Shown here: piece after piece, positions 9,217-17,247 of the stretch
Layout: each line of letters opens with the position of its first letter
Numbering within the stretch: position 1 is the first letter of the stretch
IMG/VR virus record: IMGVR_UViG_3300043179_000050
Location: 1-48,205 of that record
Strand: one strand, 5' to 3'
Length of the DNA stretch: 48,205 bases
Source of the DNA: a virus
Lineage: Duplodnaviria > Caudoviricetes
Notes under the pieces: generated by a model
Told to the model about the DNA's origin: nothing
What the model saw: only the letters and a program-made list of their open reading frames with translations
Database searches by the model: none
Position numbers and translations under genes: made by a program

Positions 9217-9366
9217 ACCTTGGAGACGTCTTCGTTGTCAGCGACGTCTTCGTTGTCAGCGCCGCAAGTCTCGTGGCGGCCCAGTAAACCTTGGAGACGT
9301 CTTCGTTGTCAGCGACGTCTTCGTTGTCAGCGCCGCAAGTCTCGTGGCGGCCCAGTAAACCTTGGA
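9169..9366. repeat. nested perfect tandem repeat (53+71+71 bp; an 18-mer present five times)
   Basis: A=GACGTCTTCGTTGTCAGC and B=GCCGCAAGTCTCGTGGCGGCCCAGTAAACCTTGGA arranged ABAABAAB. Confidence 0.95.
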
Positions 9367-9379
9367 AAGGAGACCGACA

Positions 9380-9886
9380 ATGGAACAGGCAATGGAACAG
9401 GCTATGACCACGCCAAGAATGAGCCGAGAGGAAGTCATCGAATATGCCAGGAGGTGCCTGGGCTTCACTCACTACCTGACCGCTTCTGGCCCGGTCCCGC
9501 TCGAAAGCTTCGGCCAGGGGCCAGCGTCGAAAGGATGGCGCTACGTGATTAAGAAAGACCATGACGGCCGCACCATCATCCTTGACTCGCCCGAAAAGCT
9601 CATAGACGAGCCGTTCGCTCTCAGGGCCTTCCCGCTGGAGCGCTATCCCAAAGGCAACCTGATCGTGGTCACCTGCGCCATCTGCCAGACGCCCTTTGAA
9701 GCGCATCGAAACTGCCAGCTCGTGAAAGAAGGACGCACCTACTGCGAGGCCCACTCGGTCCTTCGCGGTCCGGCCTGGTGGCTCATCTACAAGAAGGCGC
9801 TCTCGCCGGAGAAGGCCGGAGCCTCGAACGCCGAGACCTGGCGCGAGGCAGAGCAGGAATACCGGGCCGACCAGGGGAGGCGCTGA
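9380..9886 (+). CDS. hypothetical protein with Zn-ribbon-like CxxC...CxxH
   Basis: AAGGAG RBS before ATG 9380; 'CAIC...YCEAH'. Confidence 0.7.
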   Translation: MEQAMEQAMTTPRMSREEVIEYARRCLGFTHYLTASGPVPLESFGQGPASKGWRYVIKKDHDGRTIILDSPEKLIDEPFALRAFPLERYPKGNLIVVTCAICQTPFEAHRNCQLVKEGRTYCEAHSVLRGPAWWLIYKKALSPEKAGASNAETWREAEQEYRADQGRR

Positions 9887-9956
9887 GCGTTGCGGGGAGC
9901 AAGCACCTGCCGTACGGTTGCGCGCATTTCAACAGAACTGAAAGGAAGAAACAACA

Positions 9957-10271
9957 ATGACAATAACAATCGAATGGACTCATGACGGCCTGAGCTGTGA
10001 GCATGTGGAATGCACCGATGGCACCGACTGCCCAGCATTCCCCACCGCAAATGACAGAGCCTTACTGGGCCGCGCTTTTTGGGAAGCCTACTACAAAATG
10101 GATGCCGGACAGCAGGTGTCTGAATTCATTGCAGACCTGCTCCTGCAAGAGTGGACGCGCCCGAAGTTAGAACAGGAAGCCAGAGGCTGCACGCGAATCA
10201 TCTTAGCGAAGGCCTCGGGGATCGCCAACACCGACCGCCGCAAGCTGAAGCGACACAAGGACAGGCGGTAA
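9957..10271 (+). CDS. hypothetical protein
   Basis: AAAGGA RBS; operon packing. Confidence 0.7.
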   Translation: MTITIEWTHDGLSCEHVECTDGTDCPAFPTANDRALLGRAFWEAYYKMDAGQQVSEFIADLLLQEWTRPKLEQEARGCTRIILAKASGIANTDRRKLKRHKDRR

Positions 10272-10276
10272 ACCAG

Positions 10277-10486
10277 ATGGACAAGGGAAGCGAAGAAGAA
10301 TTAGCCGTGACGGGAGCCCCCAGCGGAACCAGCCAAAAGTCTGACCTCGCCTGCCGCACCCATGGACATGCTTACGTCGCCTGCTGCCCGGATTGCGACG
10401 CGACCTTGTTCCTCGCCCTCTTCGTGAGCGCCGTACAGCAAGGCCCTCTGCACAAGACGGGCCCGCCGAGGCCCGAGAAGGAGTAA
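10277..10486 (+). CDS. small Cys/His-rich protein
   Basis: ATG 10277 fills the gap between neighbours; 'CRTHGH...CCPDC'. Confidence 0.5.
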   Translation: MDKGSEEELAVTGAPSGTSQKSDLACRTHGHAYVACCPDCDATLFLALFVSAVQQGPLHKTGPPRPEKE

Positions 10487-10487
10487 C

Positions 10488-10925
10488 ATGAGACTGTCCA
10501 CCAAAATCCTGGCCGTCTACGTCTTCTTTTCCACGGTCGAGCTCGCCCGCTGCGAAACCTTCACAGGCTCCGGCCGGCAGGTCGGCCTTTCTGTCTCCCC
10601 CGCCGCCGCTGGTGACGATCACGAAATCAGACTCGCCGCCATCAAGGCACTGCGCGGTTCCGGCATCAGCCTTGGGTTATGGTCGGTAGCGCTCTCCCGA
10701 ATCCACGTCAAGCGGGTACTCGTCCGCGACGAGTGCGCTGACTCCCGCCACCCAGCGGGCTGTACAACCGCCTACGTGCTCCGCGAGACAGGCGAGCCCT
10801 ACGCGGTGATCTGGTATGTCGCCGGCCATCGGGAAAAAGCAAAGGTGCTGCTTCATGAGTTCCGGCACGCAATCGCCTACGTCACCGGCGACCCAGCATG
10901 GGCGGAAAAAGGACACGCAAAATGA
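10488..10925 (+). CDS. exported small HExxH metallopeptidase-like protein (paralog 2)
   Basis: AAGGAG RBS; hydrophobic N-terminus; 'IWYVAG...VLLHEFRHAI...GD..W...GH'. Confidence 0.7.
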   Translation: MRLSTKILAVYVFFSTVELARCETFTGSGRQVGLSVSPAAAGDDHEIRLAAIKALRGSGISLGLWSVALSRIHVKRVLVRDECADSRHPAGCTTAYVLRETGEPYAVIWYVAGHREKAKVLLHEFRHAIAYVTGDPAWAEKGHAK

Positions 10926-10942
10926 AGCCCCGCTTCTTGTCA

Positions 10943-11019
10943 GCCGAAACCAGGGAGGACATCGCCTTCCCTGGTCCGGGGGATCGTTACGGCCGCGCCC
11001 CCGCCGATGAGGCAGGCCG
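10943..11019 (+). ncRNA. type II hammerhead ribozyme with pseudoknot (U4C core variant)
   Basis: Stem II GCC/GGC; GAAA; stem III CCAGGGAGG/CCTTCCCTGG; GUC cleavage triplet 10974-10976; stem I CGGGGG/CCCCCG; core CCGAUGA; loop I CGGCC pairs with 3' GGCCG. Confidence 0.8.
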
Positions 11020-11030
11020 AAACAAGGAGC

Positions 11031-11097
11031 GCTTCGCGGCGCGGTTGAGAAACCCGGGGAACCTGAGGGTTCCCCGGCAACCGGCCTGAAGCGAAGC
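11031..11097 (+). other. extended multi-stem RNA hairpin upstream of the DUF932-like gene
   Basis: GCTTCGC/GCGAAGC, GGC/GCC, CGGTTG/CAACCG and CCGGGGAACC/GGTTCCCCGG are nested complementary pairs. Confidence 0.6.
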
Positions 11098-11110
11098 GAA
11101 GACAAAACCT

Positions 11111-12169
11111 ATGAATCAAGGACAGGGTCTTACTGCACTGGCTCAGGAGCTAGAGCGCCAGCGCGCGGCGAAGCGAGACTACCTCGCACCAACCCGCGAT
11201 CTAGCCTTCGCCCCGGCGACCAGCGGAACCGGCATCAGCCTTGCCGCCTCCGCCGCCATGCCCGAACACGGACTCACGCCGTGGGCGCACAGTCAACTCG
11301 CTCAGTACGCCGGAATCCCAAAACCGTACTATGACCGCATGCTGAACGAAGACCCGGCGCTCTGCGCGGCGAACATCAACTCCTGGCTTCACCGCAAGAA
11401 TGAAACCCGAATGCTCAGGACACTGGACAACAACATCCGGGCCATCCTCTCGCGGCGGTATCGGCCACTGGACAACTACGATCTGGTCGAATCCGCCATT
11501 CCCATCTTGCAGGAAGCCGGTGCCAAGGTCGAATCCTGCCAGATCACAGAGACCAGGCTCTACCTCAAGGCCGTCACGCCCCGCGTCTCGGGTGAAGTGT
11601 CCAAAGGCGACATCTGCTACCCAGGAGTTGTGATTTCCAACTCCGAGCTTGGCAACGGTGCACTGAAGATCGAACAGATGGTCTACCGGCTGGTTTGCTC
11701 GAACGGCATGATCGCCGGCGCGACGCTTCGCCAGTACCACCTTGGCTCCGGCGCGGACAAAGCGGACGAGGTGTACGAGCTATTCTCGGATCCCACTCGC
11801 CGCCTGGACGACGCGGCACTGTGGGCGAAGGTGAAAGACGTTACCCGGGCGGCGCTCTCTGAGACCTCGTTCCGACCAACCCTAAACCGGCTGATCCAGG
11901 CCAAGGAAAAGGCGTTGGTTTCCGACGACGTTGGAAAGATCGTGGAGCGCACAATCCAGGTGCTAGACCTGCCGCAGAGCACCGGGAAGGGGATTTTGAC
12001 CAATCTGGCGAAGGGCGGAGACTACACGGCCTTCGGGCTGGCCCAAGCTGTCACGGCTACCGCCGAAACCACAGACGATTACGAGCTCGCTACCACCCTT
12101 GAGCGCGCCGGCGGGAATATCATCGAGCTCTCGCCGACCGACTGGCGCTCAATCGCCGAGGCGGCGTAA
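11111..12169 (+). CDS. DUF932/DUF945-family phage/plasmid protein
   Basis: 'LTPWAHSQLA', 'RAILSRRYRPLDN', 'ISNSE.G.G.L', 'RLVCSNGMI' motifs. Confidence 0.85.
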   Translation: MNQGQGLTALAQELERQRAAKRDYLAPTRDLAFAPATSGTGISLAASAAMPEHGLTPWAHSQLAQYAGIPKPYYDRMLNEDPALCAANINSWLHRKNETRMLRTLDNNIRAILSRRYRPLDNYDLVESAIPILQEAGAKVESCQITETRLYLKAVTPRVSGEVSKGDICYPGVVISNSELGNGALKIEQMVYRLVCSNGMIAGATLRQYHLGSGADKADEVYELFSDPTRRLDDAALWAKVKDVTRAALSETSFRPTLNRLIQAKEKALVSDDVGKIVERTIQVLDLPQSTGKGILTNLAKGGDYTAFGLAQAVTATAETTDDYELATTLERAGGNIIELSPTDWRSIAEAA

Positions 12170-12284
12170 GCTGGTAGGCGCCCACCGGGAATGAGCCCGG
12201 TCGTCTACGGGTAGGGCTTGAGCCGTTGGTCGGGATAAGAAGCGTCGGCTCAAGCCCCTCCCGGAGGCAAACCAAGGAGAAACC

Positions 12285-12608
12285 ATGACTCTCAAGATCG
12301 CCGTTGCCGACACTTGGGAAGACTACCACAAGATCCCCGGCAATCTAGCCAAGCTCCAGGCCGCCGGCTTCCATTGGGCTTTCCCGCCACGCCCTGGCGA
12401 AGGTGCGTCCATGGCATCCGTGACGATACCGTTCTCGGCTTTCAAGCGAATTTTCAGCTTTCCCGATAAGCGCCCCGCGCCACAAATACTTTGGGACGGG
12501 GCGTGCTGGCCACCACCCAGCAACTTCCTGGCGTACATCCAAGTGCGCCTGATCCCGCTGTGCGCCAAGGCCCTGGCCGAAGCCCTAGCACAGGATCCAC
12601 GAAAGTGA
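12285..12608 (+). CDS. hypothetical protein
   Basis: AAGGAG RBS. Confidence 0.65.
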   Translation: MTLKIAVADTWEDYHKIPGNLAKLQAAGFHWAFPPRPGEGASMASVTIPFSAFKRIFSFPDKRPAPQILWDGACWPPPSNFLAYIQVRLIPLCAKALAEALAQDPRK

Positions 12609-12982
12609 ACCTGCTATTACCGAAGTGGTATCGCGGGGAGCTTGGCCGGGAAACGTTCGCCAGGCCAGGCCGCAAGCGACTCCTGCTCCTGTACGCCTGC
12701 AACTGGCTGCTCAGACTGCGAAGGAGAATCCGGTTGGCCCGGAGGCCCGGCCCGGACCCACGCCAGGGCCCTTGCCCAGGATGTGGCCAACCCACGCGCT
12801 CGACCAGGTGCATCAGATGCCGTATGGCCGCAGAGTGGGCCACAAATCGGCCCCTGATGCTAGCCCGGCTTGCCGGCGGGAATCCCGCCTCGGTCCTGAC
12901 CAATCGTGGCCGCCCACACCGGCCAAAAGGCGGGTGGGCGGCCGCCCGAAAGGCGGGCGGGACCGACCCTCAGGCTACCTGA
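12605..12982 (+). CDS. basic Zn-finger-like hypothetical protein
   Basis: GTGA overlap with the upstream stop; 'CPGC...CIRC'. Confidence 0.45.
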   Translation: MNLLLPKWYRGELGRETFARPGRKRLLLLYACNWLLRLRRRIRLARRPGPDPRQGPCPGCGQPTRSTRCIRCRMAAEWATNRPLMLARLAGGNPASVLTNRGRPHRPKGGWAAARKAGGTDPQAT

Positions 12983-13000
12983 AGAGGTAACACATCAGGT

Positions 13001-14611
13001 CTACCACGGCTGCTCTTGTTGGAGCTCAGCCTCCAAAGCCGCGAGCATCGACTGCTCCGGAGCATCATCGGACTCGATCCCATCAACGGCGGAGTCGATG
13101 ATTCGCCGCTTGTCGAGCATTATCCGGGCCATCCGCTCATCTATCGTGTTTCGGCCGAGCAGGTGAATCACCTGCACCTTCCCCGCCTGCCCAATCCTGT
13201 GTACCCGGTCCTCCGCCTGCTCTTTAGCGGCCGGGTTCCATGGCAGGTCCAGAAAGTAACACGTATCGGCCCTCGTGAGGGTAACACCGGTTCCCATCGC
13301 CATCGTGGAGCAGAGCGCGAACCTCACATGTCCTTCCTGAAACATCTGAACCATCTTGTCGCGCTCGCCCGGGGCCGTCTCACCCGTTAACACCACAGCG
13401 CTCCCCAAGTGTTTCGCCAATAGGCGAAGCGGCTCCACGTGCGAACAGAACACCACAGTGGACAGACCAGGCTCGTTGCGCTCCCGCTGCAAGATGTCTA
13501 CCGCGCTCGAAACCTTGCCAAGCGCGGAGATGCGCCGCAGAGTCATAAGCATGGCGTTCTTGTCGGCCTGCGTGAGCTTCTTCTCTTTCATCACCCGGAT
13601 CATGTGAGACTCGTGGCCCTTATAGCTATCCAGGTCCAGATCGTCCAGATCCACCACAATATCCGTGTAGCGTTTCTCTGGCAGCTCCTTCAAAACGTCC
13701 GCCTTGAGCCTCCGGACCATGAACGGCTGAAGAAGCTGGAAAAGCTCGGCGGCGTGGCTTACACCACGGTAGTCCCACCCGAAACCGTTGTTCCGAGGCG
13801 CACAGAACCGAAATTTGTATGCGTACTCTGCGTCAGGCGCCATTCGCCCGAGCGCGCGCAGCAAGCCAATGAGCTCAATCGGTCGATTCTGGATGGGCGT
13901 CCCGGTCAAAGCGAGCACGCGTTTTGCCCGGCGAGCAATCCTGATAGCCGCCTTAGACCGCTTGGCGCCCGTGTTTTTGATGTAATGCGCCTCGTCCAGC
14001 ACGAAGTGCGCGATTGTTTCTTCCTTGAGCACATCGTACACTTCTTGCCTGGCCAAGAGATCATACGACACAACCAGCCAGTCCCACGCGTTGCTCCGGA
14101 TCTTCGGCCACTCGCCGGTTTTCCCAAGAACCAACACTCGGGCATCACCCAGCATACGCGTGATTTCTCTCTTCCAATGCCACTTAACAACGGACGGGGC
14201 CACCACCACGTTGCGTCCCGGAACACGCTTGCAAGACGCCCATACAATTGCTTGAATCGTTTTCCCTAGGCCAGGCTCGTCGGCAAGTAGCGCGCTGTCG
14301 TGCTGGGAGAGTCGAGCAACGCCTTTCGTCTGGAAGTCCATCAACTGGCAACCCCACTCACACGTCACAGCCTCCCAGCGCTGCGGGTCGAGGTCTCGGA
14401 GAAGGCCCACCCGCTCACCGCTGTCCTCAATCACAGCACCAGGAAACAACCGGAGCACGTGAGTGGAACAGTAAACCGGCACTCGCCATGCCCTCTTTTC
14501 CTTGCTCCAGGCTCTGACCGGGATCGACGCCTTAAAGCGCCGAACCGCAACTTCGCTGTAGGGAAACGTCACCTCCAGAAAACTGCCGGCCTTGAGAATA
14601 CGCACCGCCAT
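13001..14611 (-). CDS. SNF2-family helicase with N-terminal HARP-like domain
   Basis: 'LADEPGLGKT', 'DEAHYIKN', 'LTGTPIQN', 'RRLKADV', 'QAEDRVHRIGQ'; N-terminal 'FPY....W......W' HARP pattern. Confidence 0.92.
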   Translation of the reverse strand: MAVRILKAGSFLEVTFPYSEVAVRRFKASIPVRAWSKEKRAWRVPVYCSTHVLRLFPGAVIEDSGERVGLLRDLDPQRWEAVTCEWGCQLMDFQTKGVARLSQHDSALLADEPGLGKTIQAIVWASCKRVPGRNVVVAPSVVKWHWKREITRMLGDARVLVLGKTGEWPKIRSNAWDWLVVSYDLLARQEVYDVLKEETIAHFVLDEAHYIKNTGAKRSKAAIRIARRAKRVLALTGTPIQNRPIELIGLLRALGRMAPDAEYAYKFRFCAPRNNGFGWDYRGVSHAAELFQLLQPFMVRRLKADVLKELPEKRYTDIVVDLDDLDLDSYKGHESHMIRVMKEKKLTQADKNAMLMTLRRISALGKVSSAVDILQRERNEPGLSTVVFCSHVEPLRLLAKHLGSAVVLTGETAPGERDKMVQMFQEGHVRFALCSTMAMGTGVTLTRADTCYFLDLPWNPAAKEQAEDRVHRIGQAGKVQVIHLLGRNTIDERMARIMLDKRRIIDSAVDGIESDDAPEQSMLAALEAELQQEQPW

Positions 14612-14617
14612 TACACT

Positions 14618-14678
14618 ACAAATCCCTATTCGGCGTCGCGCGTAAATCCGCGCTTGACGATCTTACCCTCTGGCAGGC
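14618..14678. repeat. 61-bp direct repeat, copy 1
   Basis: 57/61 identical to 17053-17113. Confidence 0.95.
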
Positions 14679-15537
14679 AAGAGCCTGCCGAGCTTGCCGG
14701 GTAGTACATTCCAGGGAACTGTGACCACGGCGACCATGCTCGCACGTAGCCAGCGGCGCGGGCATGACCTCCACCACCAAACTGCCTGGCAAAGTCGCCA
14801 CAGTGAAAATCCCCCCGAGACCTCAACCCAAACTGCCACAATCCGTCCCCGCGCTGGAAAAAGTAGCCAGCGACCTCTTCCTCGGGGTGCTGATCCAGGT
14901 ACATGTCACACAGCTCGCTGTAGTAGAGGCTACAATTCGCCATCGGTATCATCCTTCCACCGACAAACCGATGGAGAAACGCCGGGTACTGCGCCTCAAC
15001 CCCTCGCAGCTTTATTTGCTGGCAAGACCTACCTTGCTGGGCGGCGTATTCTACGGTGGTCGCGTTCATCCCAACCTCCCAGAAGGGAAAGTTCTTCGGC
15101 CAAGACTGCAAGAAGGCGTTAATATCGGCGCTGTCCGGCAACGCAAACTTCCACAGGTCACGGTCTTCGATGTACCTAAGCATCGGCGGTATAAAATCGA
15201 GGTCCGGAAAAAAGTAACCCCACGCGAGCACCGCACCCGAGTGCTCCATGTCCATCACCACGTCTGGCTCGCCTTGCAAGTCCTCAGCCGCGGTAGCGTG
15301 GTGGTCAACCACCACTACCCTGGCTTTTTGCCTTAACCGCCTCAGAACCCCTCGCGGGTATGAAAAATCCAAGCACGCCACAACGGCGCCCTCCGGCAAC
15401 TTGGGCGGCGGGTTTCCGTACTGCGCCGGAATGAAAATCAGCTCCCGGTTGAAGTGCCATGCAACCCACGCGGCACCAAAGCCGTCCATGCAATTGTCGT
15501 GGTAGACAACATGGGTAATCGCTTCTGGTAAAATCAT
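14626..15537 (-). CDS. DHH/DHHA1 phosphoesterase
   Basis: 'YH..C.DG', 'LDFSY', 'VDHH', 'DRDLW', 'LRS', 'GGGH..AAG'; ATGA-coupled start at 15537. Confidence 0.9.
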   Translation of the reverse strand: MILPEAITHVVYHDNCMDGFGAAWVAWHFNRELIFIPAQYGNPPPKLPEGAVVACLDFSYPRGVLRRLRQKARVVVVDHHATAAEDLQGEPDVVMDMEHSGAVLAWGYFFPDLDFIPPMLRYIEDRDLWKFALPDSADINAFLQSWPKNFPFWEVGMNATTVEYAAQQGRSCQQIKLRGVEAQYPAFLHRFVGGRMIPMANCSLYYSELCDMYLDQHPEEEVAGYFFQRGDGLWQFGLRSRGDFHCGDFARQFGGGGHARAAGYVRAWSPWSQFPGMYYPASSAGSCLPEGKIVKRGFTRDAE

Positions 15538-15905
15538 TTCTTCTTGCTCCTTTTCCACTTCTCCAACAGCTCGCCGGCCCGGCCCCTTGGCGGTCTGTCG
15601 TCCACGAGGTTCCCAGTCTCAATGGCATCGGCGAGAATGCCCAGGCAGGCTTTGGCGTGGCCGAGGTGCGGCACCTTGCTGTCGCGGGCAAGCTCTTCTC
15701 TGTCGTACCAGGCCAGGAGGTGCCGGAACGCCGCGTCCACGTAGATTGACGCCACAACCTTGTTTTTTCGCCAGTTGTAGCGTCCATACTTTTTTGTTCC
15801 GTCCCACATCCCCAGCGCTTCGTAAATAATAGACGCTGGCGACTGGGCAAGGATAGGCACCTTGTCAAGACCAAGCAGGTCTTTGGGATTTGTTTTCTTT
15901 TTCAT
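15534..15905 (-). CDS. dATP/dGTP diphosphohydrolase domain protein (DUF5664-like)
   Basis: 'NPKD..G..K', 'G..KYG.YNWR', 'Y.DAA.RHL.AW', 'HL.HA.ACL.IL.DA', 'DDRP'. Confidence 0.85.
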   Translation of the reverse strand: MKKKTNPKDLLGLDKVPILAQSPASIIYEALGMWDGTKKYGRYNWRKNKVVASIYVDAAFRHLLAWYDREELARDSKVPHLGHAKACLGILADAIETGNLVDDRPPRGRAGELLEKWKRSKKK

Positions 15906-16372
15906 GTTAGCTGATCGGCAAGCGCCACAACGACTTGAAAGGCCGCCTCAAGAGACGACACGCGGTAGGCGGCCGCCTGCGTAACCATCATGTGGTCATG
16001 AGGGTTGCCCTCGCCCGGCGGCTCCATGACCAGCACGAGCGGCTTGCGATATGCGTGCGCCCAAGCAATCTCCATCACCGTCCCGATGGAAACAGCTTTT
16101 GCGCCAAGCAGGTTCGCTAGGATGATGTCGGAACGAAAACAATCCCAGTGATCCCTGCACAGCACGCCTGCGGGAGCAGATAGCGGTCCGAGGTCCAGAT
16201 ACTCCCTGCCGTGGCCGCTAATGGTTTGCAGGCCGGAAAGGTACTCCTTACCCCGCATCGGCGACAACGCGACGATGTTCCGCCGGTCAAACCACTCTCG
16301 GGCTGCGTCGCGCCAATCCGTCGCCCCTCTGTAAGACAATCCCGTAATCGGTCCAGCCAAGTATACCCGCAT
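15902..16372 (-). CDS. nucleoside 2-deoxyribosyltransferase-like protein
   Basis: 'VYLAGPI', 'RD..D...SD', 'SIGTVMEIAWA....KP'. Confidence 0.85.
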   Translation of the reverse strand: MRVYLAGPITGLSYRGATDWRDAAREWFDRRNIVALSPMRGKEYLSGLQTISGHGREYLDLGPLSAPAGVLCRDHWDCFRSDIILANLLGAKAVSIGTVMEIAWAHAYRKPLVLVMEPPGEGNPHDHMMVTQAAAYRVSSLEAAFQVVVALADQLT

Positions 16373-16381
16373 CTCGTTCTT

Positions 16382-17038
16382 TTACCTCCTCGGAGGGGAA
16401 GAGCCTCCGCCCAAGTACCTAACCAACCGAAGCAGCGCCTGGGCCTCTTTCGCCTTGAGCGCCGGCCTGTCCCGGGCTTGCTCATTCCGGCCGACAGCGT
16501 TAGCAATGAGGTCTTCCTCCGACCAGCCATGAGCGCCCTTGAACTTGCCCTCCGAAAGACGGTTCAACACGGCAGTGGGCAGCTCCTGCAAATAGCCCAG
16601 CGCCTCGGCCGCCCGCGGCCCCAGCCGCTCTGCCATCTTGTAGTTCGCCAGAGCATGCATGGCTTTGTCACCCTTGAGGCCAGGCTGGCCTTTCCCGGCG
16701 CTAGTGACGCGCGCCTCTTCGGCAGACGGTGCGGTATCGTACCGCTCCAGAAAAGGATACTGCTTCCTCTGTGTCGGGTTGGACGTGATGTTTCGCAGGT
16801 CTTCCCCGGTGTAACCGGTGGCGCCCTTGCGCATCACGTTTGCAACGATATGAGCCAGCCCTCCAATTTGTGCGTTCTGGCGCTCGGGGTCGGCGGCCGG
16901 AACAAACCCCCGAGCTTGCGCTTCGGCACCCTGGGTCGACCGACCCACCTGGGCCGCAATCGCATCGAACATGCGCCTCATAGGGCGCAGCACAGGGTTA
17001 TCGTCTTGCTGGTAGGGGAACAATCCACCCAGTGGCAT
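16382..17038 (-). CDS. protein with serum-amyloid-A-like helical domain
   Basis: Start MPLGGLF (GGAGG RBS); 'DKAMHALANY.....G...A......E...EDLIANAVGR' parallels the SAA pattern 'DKYFHARGNY...E...DQ.AN.WGR'. Confidence 0.55.
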   Translation of the reverse strand: MPLGGLFPYQQDDNPVLRPMRRMFDAIAAQVGRSTQGAEAQARGFVPAADPERQNAQIGGLAHIVANVMRKGATGYTGEDLRNITSNPTQRKQYPFLERYDTAPSAEEARVTSAGKGQPGLKGDKAMHALANYKMAERLGPRAAEALGYLQELPTAVLNRLSEGKFKGAHGWSEEDLIANAVGRNEQARDRPALKAKEAQALLRLVRYLGGGSSPPRR

Positions 17039-17052
17039 TTTGCTTTCCTCCA

Positions 17053-17113
17053 ACAAATCCCTATCCGGCGTCGCGCGTAAACCTGCGCTTGACGATCTTA
17101 CCATCTGGCAGGC
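17053..17113. repeat. 61-bp direct repeat, copy 2
   Basis: 57/61 identical to 14618-14678; encodes the C-terminus of the 17061-17240 ORF. Confidence 0.95.
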
Positions 17114-17240
17114 GCACCCACAAAGTCTTCTTGTTGACCTTCACCGTCTCCGCCACAACCTGCCGCCGCCCACCGCTCGTGTCGTTCACCCGGACCCGGA
17201 CGGCAAACCCGCTCGGCCGCACTATCCTCAGCTCGGTCAT
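17061..17240 (-). CDS. small basic hypothetical protein
   Basis: MTELRIVRPS...LPDGKIVKRRFTRDAG; GGTGGA RBS. Confidence 0.55.
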   Translation of the reverse strand: MTELRIVRPSGFAVRVRVNDTSGGRRQVVAETVKVNKKTLWVRLPDGKIVKRRFTRDAG

Positions 17241-17247
17241 TTCCACC

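Noticed and set aside
9169-9366. CRISPR mini-array
   Set aside because: Intervening sequences are identical rather than unique spacers, and the unit copies a gene 3' end; the Cas4-like gene is a stand-alone phage nuclease
10922-11089. 55-aa ORF MKPRFLSAET...
   Set aside because: It has an ATGA overlap, but the sequence is fully explained by the ribozyme and hairpin; not called as a CDS
12945-12990. Second hammerhead (GAAA...TC...CTGAAGA-GG)
   Set aside because: Stem I cannot form and stem III is poor; better explained as simple hairpins at the convergence point
14626-16372. Z-genome (2-aminoadenine) or other base-modification pathway
   Set aside because: No PurZ, DNA polymerase or base-modifying synthase is recognisable; the diphosphohydrolase alone is insufficient
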